In this document: positions 48,120 to 58,723 of the stretch, one piece after another
Numbering within the stretch: the first letter of the stretch is position 1
How the letters are laid out: each line of letters begins with the position of its first letter
Assembly: GCA_035308965.1 (NCBI GenBank)
Contig: DATGFN010000015.1
Span: 121,762-185,761 of the forward strand
Source: Terriglobia bacterium
Lineage (GTDB): Bacteria > Acidobacteriota > Terriglobia > UBA7540
Direction: 5' to 3'
DNA length: 64,000 bases
Position numbers and translations under genes: made by a program
Notes under the pieces: generated by a model
Databases searched by the model: none
The model's input: the letters and a program-made list of their open reading frames with translations, nothing else
What the model was told of the DNA's origin: nothing

Positions 48120-48276
48120 AAAATTTCTTCATTTTAGACCGCGTCAATTCCTGTGGAGGGAGACCAGCTGAGGCCGCTTTCCAAAGTGATCTTTATGGTG
48201 CGGTCAGGGCGCGCACTACAATTAAAGGTTAAGAAGTCTATGACAGCACTAAGTAAATGCGACGGCCCCAATCCAA

Positions 48277-50550
48277 TTATGGGAAGTTGATGTCGAGAGC
48301 ATAAACGTCCGAGTGGCTTAGAATCAGCGACGCCAGAGGGGAGCCATCCGGCGCCACGCCGGTCAAAACGTAGTTTCGGACATCCTCCCGCAAAATCTGT
48401 TCAAATGTCGCAATTCGTTCAACCTTCAGGTCGCTGAGCCGCACTCGAAAGATGGGCTGGCTGACGCCTTCCGAGACGTCCTGTGAATACGCGTACTTGC
48501 TGTCCCGCGACCAGAAAACCGGAGCGCGGAGCACTGTGCCGCGGGCGAACTCAGACCATTGCCGCGAATGAGAGTCAAAGACCATGAGGCTCCTGTCATC
48601 CCGGGTTTGGGCAACCAGGTAACGTCCGTCCGGCGACCACGCCGAGGCCTTAAGCGCCTCTGCCCCAGGGAAAACGGAAAGCCGCCTGGTGTTTAGATCA
48701 AGCTGGTAGGTGCCGAAGTTTTTTTCCTCAACCATGCTCGCTGATGCCGGCACCGGCGCGCTGAAAAACAAAGAGTCTCCGCGGGGAGACCAGTCGGGGT
48801 AGAGGCTATCTAAGGCGGTCACAGGTTCGGGCGAGCCGCCTTCGGATGAGACCAGGAAGATCCTTCGCTGATTTCCCGGAACAGTTCCGACAAAGGCAAT
48901 CTGCTTTCCATCGGGAGACCAGCGGGGAGCATCTGCAACCATAGGAGGAAAAGTGAGCTGCTGCCGCTCGCTGCCGTCCGCCTTACTCCGCCAGAGGATA
49001 GCCTCCTGGGTTGTGGTGACAATGTAAGCTACCCTTTGACCATCTTTGGAAAAGCTGACGTCGAGCGCCCTGACCCCGGGAAGGTAGGGAATAAACTGCT
49101 TTAACCGCGCGTCAAAGCGCGCCAATTCGCGAACCTCTTTGTCACCCGTGTAGAAGATCCTGGTTTTGGTGGCTAATAAACTTAAAAGGCTGGTGTCTGT
49201 TGGGGTGAGCCGAACCGGAGCTTGCGGCGACCGCAAAAAGAAATTATGTTTTTCAGAAATTGACCAGATACTAGCCACGCCGGCACGGGTGGAGCGAAAC
49301 AGGAAGTATTTCCCGTCCGGCGTCCAATCGCCGCCTGATTCTCCGTCGGCGTAATGGGTTGGAGCCTCTCCCCAGCCGGGAAGGAGACGATGAAGATCGC
49401 TGCCCGCCGCGGAGACTTCCCAAAGCGATAAGGTTGGCATTGCGGAGCCCCATGCGGTAAAGCGTACAGTCTGTCCGTCAGGCGACCAACGCGGAAGCCA
49501 TCCAGTGCCGGCATCGCTTACCAGCTTTCGGGAATCTGAGCCGTCAGGTTTAACCTCGTAAAGGTCAGAACCGGAGAAGTACACAATTTTCTGCCCGTCG
49601 GGGGACCAAGCCGGGTCGCGACCGATTACACCCCCCAAGCGGCGCGGCGACCCACCTGTCGTGCGCAGCGTCCAGAGGCTCTGCTCCCCTTCTCCGCCGG
49701 CAAAGCTGCCCACCAAAAGCTCAGAATGGTCGGGGGAAATGCCATAGAGAGCCGTATTGGGAAACGGCGTAGGCACTGGGACGGGCTCGCCTCCGTCGAC
49801 AGGGATCGTGGCAAGCGTGTAACGGCCCCCTCTGTTTTCAGAAAAGTAAAGCCGCGTCCCGTCCGTCACTAATCGAGAGGTCGCAGACACCCGGCCGAAG
49901 TGGGTAATCTGCGTGATCTTGAGAACGGTAGGTTGCGGTAACGGAGAAAACCAAACCCAGCCCGCCAGCACCGCAAGAACTACAGGCGCCAGAAATATGG
50001 CCCGTCGCCACGGCTCCGTACCAGTGCCAACTTGGAGATCTCGAGCCGAAGACGGGACAGGGCCAGGTTGCGGGTTAATGGCCGGAATGAAAACCGAGGA
50101 TCGCGTGTCACTGGGGGACGCAACTGAAATGGGAGCTGATGATGACTCCTCGATGACCACATGCGTCCGTTCGCTTATTCTCTGAACGAGGATATTACCG
50201 GCTTGCTTTTGCGGTAATGAATCTTGGGGAGATTCTACTTGCACCCTCGCGGCCAACTGATATCCGCGGCCCGGAACTGTCACGATGTAGTTTGATCTGT
50301 CCCCCATCGCCTTGCGTAGCCAGGAGATGTGCTGGGCCAGGTTGCCTTCCTCCACAAAGGTATCCGGCCAAACCGCCTTGAGTAATTCATCCTTGGTCAC
50401 CACCCGGCCTGGATTGATGACGAGATAAGTGAGAACCTCAAAAGCCTTGGGCGAGACCAAAATGGGCTTGCCGCTCCGCAGAAAAGCACGCGCTGAAGGC
50501 CTCAACTCGAACTCGTCAAATCGATATAATCCCTCGAAGGACAGTGACAT
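48277..50550 (-). CDS. CadC/OmpR-type winged-helix transcriptional regulator fused to TM helix and periplasmic TolB-like beta-propeller
   Basis: N-terminal trans_reg_C domain (FRFDEFELRPSARAF...LTYLVINPGRVVTKDELL), one TM helix and repeated WSPDG TolB-type blades. Confidence 0.8.
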   Translation of the reverse strand: MSLSFEGLYRFDEFELRPSARAFLRSGKPILVSPKAFEVLTYLVINPGRVVTKDELLKAVWPDTFVEEGNLAQHISWLRKAMGDRSNYIVTVPGRGYQLAARVQVESPQDSLPQKQAGNILVQRISERTHVVIEESSSAPISVASPSDTRSSVFIPAINPQPGPVPSSARDLQVGTGTEPWRRAIFLAPVVLAVLAGWVWFSPLPQPTVLKITQITHFGRVSATSRLVTDGTRLYFSENRGGRYTLATIPVDGGEPVPVPTPFPNTALYGISPDHSELLVGSFAGGEGEQSLWTLRTTGGSPRRLGGVIGRDPAWSPDGQKIVYFSGSDLYEVKPDGSDSRKLVSDAGTGWLPRWSPDGQTVRFTAWGSAMPTLSLWEVSAAGSDLHRLLPGWGEAPTHYADGESGGDWTPDGKYFLFRSTRAGVASIWSISEKHNFFLRSPQAPVRLTPTDTSLLSLLATKTRIFYTGDKEVRELARFDARLKQFIPYLPGVRALDVSFSKDGQRVAYIVTTTQEAILWRSKADGSERQQLTFPPMVADAPRWSPDGKQIAFVGTVPGNQRRIFLVSSEGGSPEPVTALDSLYPDWSPRGDSLFFSAPVPASASMVEEKNFGTYQLDLNTRRLSVFPGAEALKASAWSPDGRYLVAQTRDDRSLMVFDSHSRQWSEFARGTVLRAPVFWSRDSKYAYSQDVSEGVSQPIFRVRLSDLKVERIATFEQILREDVRNYVLTGVAPDGSPLASLILSHSDVYALDINFP

Positions 50551-51054
50551 AACACTCGTTAATATTTATTCATAAGAATTAAGCGCACATTCAAGACAAC
50601 GAATCTCGCGGTGTGCTCTATTGTCGCCCATGCCGGTAGTGGAGCAGGTGATCGGGATGTTGAAGGGCCTGTTCATTAAATCGCGTGCCCAAATTATACC
50701 AGCAACGGAAGAGGTCGGCGAAGAAACTGTGGGGCAATCTGTTGTGCATCGGCGCGTCGAGATCACAGTGCAACGGGAAACAATTTCGATCCTGGTGCCG
50801 GGCCCGCCCGCAAGTGAGGCAAAGCGTATGGGCCGTGGAGAAAGAGGGTCAGGGGTGAATTGCAAGGACGAGGAACCGCAATCTGTGCAACTACCGAGTG
50901 GCAAGGCGCCCGGTTCTTAGCGGTCTGCATCACGAATACCGACTGGAGAATGAGACAGCACGAAAAGTGGGTGGAGGTTTAGAAGGGTGAGATTTATTAC
51001 GAAGGATAAGGAAAACTCAAAACGGCGACACGGCACCACCCAGGAGAAAGGCCT

Positions 51055-52647
51055 ATGAATCAATTCACTTGGAAAACAGTGATCGTTCTTCACGGCAAAT
51101 CTGCCGCCGCAATGGTTTGCGTTCTGCTTGCATTTACTCTTGCGAGCTGCCAGCGCAATCAGTCTGGCTCCGGTCCGGGGAGTTCGCCTGGCAAGTCTGC
51201 GCAGATCGATGCCGGCGAGGGCGTGTCAGTGGGCGGCGGCAATAGCTTTGCCCACGTGACTTATAAACCCGAAGTAAAAATCCTGGAAGCTGCGCAAGTC
51301 GATTCGTCATTACAGGGCATCAGCAGCGACGGGCACGCCTTCGTATTTAAAAATGCCGATGCGCAGATTCGCGCGTTGAAGGGCGGCGATTTGTTCTTCA
51401 TCAAGAACGAATTGGTGCGCAAGGTGCTCGCGGTTCAGACTGACGGCGACCAGACGGTTCTTTTCACCGATGCGGCAACCATCACCGACGTGGTCCAGGA
51501 CGGCGATATCCAGATTGATGCCCCCCTCAGCTTTCATGGCGCCGGGCAAACTTCCGAATTTCTGCCTCATGCCCCAAGCTTGATGGACATCTTTGAGGAG
51601 CCTGCCTTTGCCCAGTCAGGCGCCGACATCGCCAGGAGCCAGGGGACACAGGACGCCGCACAGAAGGCCGCGGGCAATATCGTCGGCTCGGTTTTTTCCG
51701 GATGGACAGTTACGAAGTACACGTTCATTCCGGGGGCCAACGAACTTGATTTCAGCCTGGTGATGACCAAGAGCAAAGAAGGCTTTGTGGCCAAGGTGGC
51801 CATGACCGGCTTTGTTACCAACTTCGACTTTGTCTCCACTCTCGGCGTGCACAATGGCTCGGGCAGCAAGATGTTCGCGGGTGTAAAGAAGATGACGGGA
51901 AAACTTCAATTCGATTGGGAAATTGGCAAGGGTTCGCCCGGCGTGTGGGCGGTTGAAGATCGCATCAAGCTTCCTGGAGGGATTAATATCGCGCTCGGTC
52001 CGCTCCTGGGAGGGATGCCGCTTACCCTGGATGTAAGTTCGGCCTTGCTCATCCATCCCGCTCTCACGGGCGGCAATGAATATAGCAAGGGTGGATTCAC
52101 CGTCAACTGGACGGGTGGCGGAAATTTCCAGTCTCAGCGCGGCGGGGCTGTCGGCGGCGATAGCACAATCCAACTGCAATTTGGGGTCACCGAAGACACC
52201 AACATCTCTCCCATTGCGCCCAACGGGATGGTGATTTCCTATTGCGCCCCGCGCATCGAATTGCGCATGTCCGCTTTCGGAAAATATGCCAAAGACTTGT
52301 CGGAATTCGCCAGCGGCATCGATAAAATCGCGTCGGCAGCGGCGGCCCTGCTTCCTTCGAGCTTGACCCAGGCCATGAGCCAGTCACCCTTGGGCAAAGT
52401 TACCGCCTCCACCATTCTCGCTTCCAATGCAGATGTATTCGTACAGTTTGTCACCACCGAAGGAGTAACTCACTCGGCGAATCAGACGCCCTTCCCCTGT
52501 TCCAAGCAGGAAATCAAACTCCTCGCCCAGGGGGGCGGGGATGCCGATCTCATGGGTCTCACCAAAGGCGCGTCCACAACCAAGGACCTGTTCACCAAGA
52601 CATTCACGCGGTGGGATCCCGCATCTGATTTCTGCAAGAAGATCTGA
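51055..52647 (+). CDS. large lipoprotein, hypothetical
   Basis: Lipobox LASC after an N-terminal hydrophobic segment. 530 aa, Gly/Thr-rich and likely beta-rich; no recognisable family. Confidence 0.5.
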   Translation: MNQFTWKTVIVLHGKSAAAMVCVLLAFTLASCQRNQSGSGPGSSPGKSAQIDAGEGVSVGGGNSFAHVTYKPEVKILEAAQVDSSLQGISSDGHAFVFKNADAQIRALKGGDLFFIKNELVRKVLAVQTDGDQTVLFTDAATITDVVQDGDIQIDAPLSFHGAGQTSEFLPHAPSLMDIFEEPAFAQSGADIARSQGTQDAAQKAAGNIVGSVFSGWTVTKYTFIPGANELDFSLVMTKSKEGFVAKVAMTGFVTNFDFVSTLGVHNGSGSKMFAGVKKMTGKLQFDWEIGKGSPGVWAVEDRIKLPGGINIALGPLLGGMPLTLDVSSALLIHPALTGGNEYSKGGFTVNWTGGGNFQSQRGGAVGGDSTIQLQFGVTEDTNISPIAPNGMVISYCAPRIELRMSAFGKYAKDLSEFASGIDKIASAAAALLPSSLTQAMSQSPLGKVTASTILASNADVFVQFVTTEGVTHSANQTPFPCSKQEIKLLAQGGGDADLMGLTKGASTTKDLFTKTFTRWDPASDFCKKI

Positions 52648-52770
52648 GGACCGCCTCGCGGTTCAAATGACGATGAGTAGGACCGCAACCACTACCGGCC
52701 CGCTGGGCGCTACCAGTTTCCGTGGGGGCGGGTTTCAATTGCAGCTTCCTTGGGGTGAAAATCTGAAGAG

Positions 52771-54522
52771 GTGAAATGTCCGATGGCTCAATTCTGCACA
52801 AAATGTGGCGGCCTTCTAAGTGAAGGAATGAAATTCTGCCCCGCCTGCGGAGCTAATTCTAGTGAGCCTACGGCTCATGGTGCCCAATCGCCTTCGGCGC
52901 AAGCTCCGATGGCGCGCGTAGCGCAACCTCCGGCCGTGGCGGCGCCTCGTCCGGCTCCCGTCATGCCCGCGGCGACGCCGGCGGCCCGGTCGGGCCACCC
53001 ATTCCTGAAAATTGTTGTGGCCGTGCTCGGGGTTATTTTTATCCTCGGGTTGTTGACTGTCGGAGCGGGCGTCTACTTTTATTACTATCACGTCAAACCA
53101 AAAGTCGCCGAGATTGAAAATACAGTTCGCTCCCTCCCCGTTCCCACCGGTACACCGCAATCGTCCGATCATCCGGCATCTCCCGGAGGTGGCACATCAA
53201 GCTCTGGTGCGGGTTCGAGCCCCGATGCGAAGGGCTCTGACACTTCCGCACCACCTGACCTTGGCCAGGCGCTCCAACAACTTGGTCTGGGTGGAAAAGG
53301 TCTCCCCGGCCAGTCCGCTGCCGCCGCGAAGCCCGATCCGCACTTTCCCCAAAGCTCGCCGGGCGACCCATCGAATTACTCCGGCCAGCTCACTTTTCAG
53401 CGCGGCATGACCATAACATCAAGCATCTCTGACCAATTCTATGGCGACTATGAGGTGCTCGATTCGATTACCTCTGTCTCTGAAAAGGGAACGGCCATGC
53501 GTTATTCGGCGGAGTTGCCCGACAAATCTCAGGCACCAACTCCCTCTTCCCTTCCCGCAGTGAGGACAGTGCATGAGCTGCACAATACTTCTCAGCAGGA
53601 CTTGATGCACGCAACCGGTGTGATGACATTTTTTGGAGATAAATTTCCCGAGTCGATGCCTGGAACCACGCAGGGTGTTCTTTCCCAAGATGCCTTCCAT
53701 GCGCTCAAGTCGGGAAGCGGCATTGACCTTACTTTCCCCGATGAATCTCTCGCTGCTCGTCTGGTAATGGGGCTGGCCTCGATGACCAATGGGATACCAA
53801 TGGGCGCCAGTCCCGGGGGGCTTCAAGGGTCTCTTGGCCAGAATGATTTCTGGTCGAAATTGCAGAAATACACCTGTCATGCTGTGCGAATAGAGGTTGC
53901 CGACGCCGCTTTCCCAGTGCTGCTCAACGGCCTGCGCGTGACTTTGCCTGCGATCCACATGTCTTGCCCACATGATGGAGTTTCCGGATTTGAGTATGTA
54001 TTTGACGATGACCAGATGCCGCTCCGCCTCGCGACGTCGGAAGGGCAAATCACTCAAATCAATTTCCCCCAGCCTAAGCCCAGGAAGGAAGAGGATGGAG
54101 GAGGCGGTGGTAGCGGAGGCACTGGCGCCGGAGGTGGAGGCGCTGGTGGCGGACAGTCAATCGAGCAGGCGCTGAAAAAAGAGGGGCGGGTTGATGTCTA
54201 TGGAATTTACTTTGACTTTGCCAGCGATAAGCTACGGCCGGAGTCTGCCCCGGTGCTGGCCGAGATTGCCTCCGCCCTCAAGGACAATCCCACCTGGAAA
54301 CTCCAGGTCAACGGCCATACGGACAACATTGGCGGCGACGCCTACAATCTTGACCTATCAAACCGGCGCGCCGCCTCCGTCAAGCAGGCCTTGGTTACGC
54401 AATACCATATTGACCCCGCGCTCCTGGATCCCAAGGGATTTGGAGCCACCCAACCCAAAGAGCCAAATGACACTGCACAAGGCCGCGCCCGCAATCGTAG
54501 GGTGGAGTTGATACGGGAGTAG
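52771..54522 (+). CDS. OmpA-family protein with N-terminal zinc-ribbon, TM helix, long Pro/Ser/Gly linker and C-terminal OmpA-like peptidoglycan-binding domain
   Basis: CTKCGG...CPACGA forms a Zn ribbon. The C-terminus matches OmpA_C (NGHTDNIGGDAYNLDLSNRRAASV...NRRVEL). Confidence 0.8.
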   Translation: MKCPMAQFCTKCGGLLSEGMKFCPACGANSSEPTAHGAQSPSAQAPMARVAQPPAVAAPRPAPVMPAATPAARSGHPFLKIVVAVLGVIFILGLLTVGAGVYFYYYHVKPKVAEIENTVRSLPVPTGTPQSSDHPASPGGGTSSSGAGSSPDAKGSDTSAPPDLGQALQQLGLGGKGLPGQSAAAAKPDPHFPQSSPGDPSNYSGQLTFQRGMTITSSISDQFYGDYEVLDSITSVSEKGTAMRYSAELPDKSQAPTPSSLPAVRTVHELHNTSQQDLMHATGVMTFFGDKFPESMPGTTQGVLSQDAFHALKSGSGIDLTFPDESLAARLVMGLASMTNGIPMGASPGGLQGSLGQNDFWSKLQKYTCHAVRIEVADAAFPVLLNGLRVTLPAIHMSCPHDGVSGFEYVFDDDQMPLRLATSEGQITQINFPQPKPRKEEDGGGGGSGGTGAGGGGAGGGQSIEQALKKEGRVDVYGIYFDFASDKLRPESAPVLAEIASALKDNPTWKLQVNGHTDNIGGDAYNLDLSNRRAASVKQALVTQYHIDPALLDPKGFGATQPKEPNDTAQGRARNRRVELIRE

Positions 54523-54592
54523 CTGCAAATACTCCTGTGCGGATTCGTAAGCATTTGTGGCCGACACTGATCGTGCGTTTGAGATTTCTTAT

Positions 54593-54904
54593 ATGAAAAT
54601 TGCAATCGGATCCCAAATCGCCGCGCTCGCATTAGGAAGCCTGGCGGTGATCTGGGGTGTTTTTACTTCGTTTTCGACCTTTTCCGGACCTGGCGGTGAT
54701 TGGTCCGGCCTGGGCTTGTTGGGAGGGTTGGTGGTGAACGTGCCCATCGGCCTCCTCACTCTCCTGGTTGCATTATTCGTAAGGAAAGGTTCCCGACGCC
54801 TGCGTTGGATCTGCATCGTCACTTCGCTCGTGGCCCTGATCATTCCCATCGTCGCAATACTTATTTGGAACCCCATGGAGCGACGCTTTATTTGGATGAA
54901 ATGA
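54593..54904 (+). CDS. small three-TM membrane protein (hypothetical)
   Basis: ATG at 54593 (MKIAIGSQIAALALG...). Hydrophobic throughout. Confidence 0.35.
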   Translation: MKIAIGSQIAALALGSLAVIWGVFTSFSTFSGPGGDWSGLGLLGGLVVNVPIGLLTLLVALFVRKGSRRLRWICIVTSLVALIIPIVAILIWNPMERRFIWMK

Positions 54905-55026
54905 AGCCACGACTTGTACGACCGCCGCTGGCGCGGCCGGGGTCAAAATGTCAGGTCAAGTAAAACCCGTTTGAGCGAGACGATCGAAAAGCGGGCTCGC
55001 AACCGGCAAGAGGAGAAAATCAGGCA

Positions 55027-56055
55027 ATGATTTCAAAACGCGGTAAGAACTTGGCCGCGATCGCTCTCTTGCTTGGGAGTTATTCAATCTGCAGCGCCCA
55101 GTCGCACGATCCGAAAAACCCCACGCCATTGGGGCCCGGCGTCAACAAGGGCAACGTCGACAACAAGGAAAATGGCCCGAATTATTACTACTTCTACGCA
55201 GGCCCGGGACACGTGGATTTGCATTATTCCTTCAAGGAAATGGGCGTCTTCGGGAATCCGATGCGGCAGTCGCTTAGTTTCGATCTTTATGGTGAGAGCA
55301 ACAACTTGATCATTCACAGCGCCATCGTTTCAGTGGAGAAGATGGAAAAGTTGTCCCAGCCCGGCGATTTAGGGTCACGGCATAAGCTGGTCCTTCGCGT
55401 CATTTCTCCGGAAACAACGCTCCGCTTGGGGGGCTATTACGAAATCGAAGTTACGGGGGCCGCGACGTTTGAAGGAAAAGCAACGGGCGCCAACACCAAA
55501 CCCGTAGACACGCAGCTCTATCATCCTTCCGGACCGTTAACGAAGCCGACTAATGATGGCAAGGGCGGGGAGTCCTCCGGCGGAGGAGTTTCGCTTTATA
55601 CCCCGCAAGGCTCTCTCTATCAGCCTGGAGTTTCTCTCTATACGCCGGTCGGCGCATTGACGAATGTGCAAGAAAGTCCCAAGCAATTGCGGCTGACGTT
55701 GGCCGCCGACATTCTGTTCGACTTTGACAAGGCAACTATACGTCCGGACGCCAAGGAGGCGCTCGACCGGGTTGCGGAGATCATCCGCTCCAAGAGCCGG
55801 GGAATCGTGAGCATCGAGGGTTTTACGGACTCCAAGGGCGCTGCGGATTACAACTTGCGCCTGTCCAACGCGCGCGCGGAATCGGTGGAGACATGGATGA
55901 TCGAGAATGAAGACTTGCATAGGGCGGGATTCACCACGCGGGGATTTGGGGCAACCCGGTTTGTCGCGCTCAATTCGAAACCGGATGGCAAGGATGATCC
56001 GGCAGGACGGCAGAAGAATCGCCGCGTCGAAATCATTATTCAGAAACAAGATTGA
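55027..56055 (+). CDS. OmpA-family lipoprotein/outer-membrane protein
   Basis: Signal peptide and a C-terminal OmpA_C domain (ILFDFDKATIRPDAKEALDRVAE...GFTDSKGAADYNLRLSNARAESV...NRRVEII). Confidence 0.8.
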   Translation: MISKRGKNLAAIALLLGSYSICSAQSHDPKNPTPLGPGVNKGNVDNKENGPNYYYFYAGPGHVDLHYSFKEMGVFGNPMRQSLSFDLYGESNNLIIHSAIVSVEKMEKLSQPGDLGSRHKLVLRVISPETTLRLGGYYEIEVTGAATFEGKATGANTKPVDTQLYHPSGPLTKPTNDGKGGESSGGGVSLYTPQGSLYQPGVSLYTPVGALTNVQESPKQLRLTLAADILFDFDKATIRPDAKEALDRVAEIIRSKSRGIVSIEGFTDSKGAADYNLRLSNARAESVETWMIENEDLHRAGFTTRGFGATRFVALNSKPDGKDDPAGRQKNRRVEIIIQKQD

Positions 56056-56098
56056 CGGCCCGAACCCATCGATGAAACTCTCAACAAAAGGAGCAATC

Positions 56099-56707
56099 AT
56101 GTTCTTCAAGAAAAACAGAGAAGCTGCAATTTTGCGAGTACTTGCCGGTGCGCTGGGAATATTCCTAGCGGCAGGCGCCGGAACTTTAGCTAAAGGCCGC
56201 TCTCCCGCATTGTTACCTGCGTGGATGTCCGGAGCTGCGGATCCGGGAGTTGATTCCGGCTGCCAGGCTGCACTGGACGCGGGCAACAAACTCTACACCA
56301 CCCCGTACCACATGTATGGGGCGGAAACCGTGAACGGAAAACCCGTGAACACCGAAGGGATTTTTGCCGGTGGCGCCCTATACGTTCTTGTCAACGGCAA
56401 GTGGTCCCTCAGCCCCGTTTCGCCGGAGGAAATGTTGAAGATGATGAAGGCGAAGGACCAGGGAAAGGAGAAAAATGGCAAGAACGGTGTGTGTCATTAT
56501 GTGCGCGATGAGTCAGTGAGTGGCGAAAGCGCGGCGCTCTACAGCACGCACGAAGAAGACGCAAAGGGAAAGACCGATGTCCAGAGCTGGGTTTCCAAGG
56601 GCAAAGGACTCCTCTTACGCCAGGAGACCGATGTCGACATGGGCGGAACAAAAGTCCACATCTCCTCCCGATTTGAATACAGCAACATACACGCGCCGAA
56701 ACTCTGA
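56099..56707 (+). CDS. secreted hypothetical protein
   Basis: Strong RBS aaaggag lies 7 nt before the ATG at 56099. A signal peptide (ILRVLAGALGIFLAAGAG) follows. The track ORF from 55907 overlaps the preceding gene. Confidence 0.45.
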   Translation: MFFKKNREAAILRVLAGALGIFLAAGAGTLAKGRSPALLPAWMSGAADPGVDSGCQAALDAGNKLYTTPYHMYGAETVNGKPVNTEGIFAGGALYVLVNGKWSLSPVSPEEMLKMMKAKDQGKEKNGKNGVCHYVRDESVSGESAALYSTHEEDAKGKTDVQSWVSKGKGLLLRQETDVDMGGTKVHISSRFEYSNIHAPKL

Positions 56708-56800
56708 AGAAACGGCTTCTTTTTGCTGACTCCAAAAAGGACAGGGGCATTTATCTTTCCGGTTATTCAGACTTCTACACTCCTGAAAAGATGAGGGTCT

Positions 56801-56834
56801 TGGTACGCCCGGAGAGATTCGAACTCCCGACCCC
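56801..56834 (-). other. tRNA 3'-end fragment (T-arm + acceptor 3' strand + ACCA), probable integrative-element attachment-site remnant
   Basis: Minus strand reads GGGGTC-GGGAG-TTCGAAT-CTCTC-CGGGCGT-A-CCA, a canonical T-stem/T-loop. No complementary 5' acceptor strand lies 70-90 nt upstream, so this is not a full tRNA. Confidence 0.5.
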
Positions 56835-57150
56835 TTGCTTCGTAGTTCAAAGAACATTGTATGCGGCAAACTGCAGGAATGGGAAGGAATACTGTTTCGC
56901 TCCTGTGTTCATGCGGGTCCAAGCGTACCTGAGATGATTTAGCGCAGCTTCTGCCGAATTCAGCAGATAGGCGCACACTGTGGAGAGTTAAGGGGGGTTA
57001 CGTCACAAAGCATGTCACAAAAATCGGCGATTCGTCAGCACCAGTTTCAACCTTGGAGGGGATGGACCTCTTGCAAGTGGCCGTACCGCCGAGGACTCCC
57101 ACCTGATTGATGCAATGGGTCATAAAGGATTTCTGGCCGGTCGCATAAGT

Positions 57151-57166
57151 TACTGCACATGTGCAG
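57151..57166. promoter_or_regulatory. 16-bp perfect palindrome ACTGCACATGTGCAGT upstream of an excisionase-type gene (candidate operator or recombination core)
   Basis: Read directly. It lies 78 bp upstream of the ATG at 57244 of the excisionase-family HTH gene. Confidence 0.4.
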
Positions 57167-57243
57167 TAGCTCCTGCAAGTCCCCTGTGGTACGAATGGTT
57201 GTGCCTGAATCAGGAAGTACGGAATTTTTCCATGTAGAGATCA

Positions 57244-57654
57244 ATGAATCCAAAACCTAATGAGATTCGATCGAGGGCGCGCCTAATATTGGCGGCCGAC
57301 AAATGGCGCCAATTAACGCAGCTATTACAAGAGGATGTCCCTAATTTGATTACGGAGGTAGAACGCCTGGAAGGGGAATTGGGCGAAATGAGCCGCGGAG
57401 CTCGAAGTAATCGATATGCGCCACCGGGGAGTGACGAATCTTCATATTGTGATCGCAGCAACAAGGAATTGTTAACCGTGAGGGACTTTGCGGGCCTGTT
57501 GGGCGTCACAGTAGCGTGCGTCCGGTCCTGGAGGCTCAAGCGAAAGATTAGCGCGGTCAAGTTGGGCCGCATAATTCGGATGCCACGGACTGAAGTCCAG
57601 CGGCTTATTGACGAGGGTATGAGTCCTGCGCGGCCCTTCCAGCAAGAGTTCTAA
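57244..57654 (+). CDS. excisionase-family helix-turn-helix DNA-binding protein
   Basis: The C-terminus (LLTVRDFAGLLGVTVACVRSWRLKRKISAVKLGRIIRMPRTEVQRLI) fits the excisionase-family HTH pattern. Confidence 0.6.
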   Translation: MNPKPNEIRSRARLILAADKWRQLTQLLQEDVPNLITEVERLEGELGEMSRGARSNRYAPPGSDESSYCDRSNKELLTVRDFAGLLGVTVACVRSWRLKRKISAVKLGRIIRMPRTEVQRLIDEGMSPARPFQQEF

Positions 57655-58435
57655 TGTCCAAGGGAACTACTCTTCAGTCCCGAAATCTCGGGCGCCGCGT
57701 TCAGAAATAAATTGGGACATGAAGTACCCAATGTCCAGTTGGCTGTATGGAGAATTCAACCAAACGCGCCCCAGATACGGTTTCTTGAGCGCATCCTCGG
57801 AGTGAAGTAATTTGCGGCCTTGACGGTTTTGTGCCCAAATTCACTACTGGCTGGGTCCAGGTCGATCTCTCCGATCTTCAGGAGATTTGTGGTTACTTTC
57901 TAATTGTCCTTTTCAGCCTGTTCGCGCCAAGCAGAGAGTTTTTCCTTAAATGCTTCCTTCGGGAGTTCGGCAAGGTTCTGCGCCCGAGAACTAAGGTCCT
58001 TGGAGATCCCAACCTGGGCTAAGGTCGGAATCTTTTCGGGCGGTCGTCGCACACGGCTGCCCGAAGGATCCTGCCCTTTTAACTGACCCCGAGTCCCCTT
58101 TGCCTTCGGCGATTCCTTTAGAAGCTCACCTAGCCTTCTTCCGGCTTAAATCCTGATAGCCGCAGCATCTATTTCGAGTTTTTTGTTTTTCGCCTCGCTT
58201 GCGTGGGCAAACAACCCCTCGGCTTTGTTGCGAATCATTTTGGTTTAATCGGCCAACTTTGCAAAAGCTATGGCTCGACAAACTGCATCATAACAAGCAA
58301 GAGGAGTCATAATTCCTCGCATTATTCGGCATTTGCGGCTTCCGTTCTTAGTTGGTGCTCCTTGCATCGCATAATTCATCTGGCGAGAATTTAGGCTTGA
58401 GAGCGGCTTATAAATGTGCTAAAAGTATTAGCGCA

Positions 58436-58669
58436 ATGCAGACCTACTCAACCAAACAGGCAGCAGCCCTCGCCGGGATTCATTGGGTGACGCTACACCG
58501 CTGGCTGAGGGACAAGAAGGTTAGGCCTTCCATCGCCATTCCGATAGATGGCCGAACGCTTTGGCGCTGGACTGCGGCTGATGTGAAGAGGGTTCGCAAA
58601 TACAAGACTGCCCACTATCGCAAAGGCAGAGGTCGCAAGAAGGCTCAAAAGAAAAGCGGCAACCGTTGA
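58436..58669 (+). CDS. AlpA/excisionase-type HTH protein (Xis-like)
   Basis: YSTKQAAALAGIHWVTLHRWLRDKKV...GRTLWRWTAADVKRV. It is small and basic, and sits immediately upstream of the recombinase. Confidence 0.55.
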   Translation: MQTYSTKQAAALAGIHWVTLHRWLRDKKVRPSIAIPIDGRTLWRWTAADVKRVRKYKTAHYRKGRGRKKAQKKSGNR

Positions 58670-58723
58670 AGCGTGAACTTCAACGGCTGCCTAACCACAC
58701 CCAAGCCACAGGGGGGCTTGAAT

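Noticed and set aside
50566-50920. Overlapping small ORFs (50621-50920 plus strand, 50566-50904 minus strand) in the gap between the CadC-like regulator and the lipoprotein
   Set aside because: No RBS or recognisable motif, and the two ORFs are mutually exclusive. The region more likely holds the divergent promoters.
56801-56890. Complete tRNA gene on the minus strand
   Set aside because: Sequence 70-90 nt upstream of the CCA (CTGCAGT.. or ..CCATTCC) cannot pair with the acceptor 3' strand CGGGCGT, and no anticodon arm of 5 bp plus 7 nt is found. It is interpreted as a 3' fragment.
56797-57240. tmRNA (ssrA) in the 530-bp non-coding gap that ends in a tRNA-like 3' end on the minus strand
   Set aside because: No tag-peptide reading frame ending in a stop (ANDENYALAA-like) in any minus-strand frame. 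There is no GGGG 5' end able to pair with the acceptor 3' strand. Only the T-arm/acceptor part is tRNA-like.
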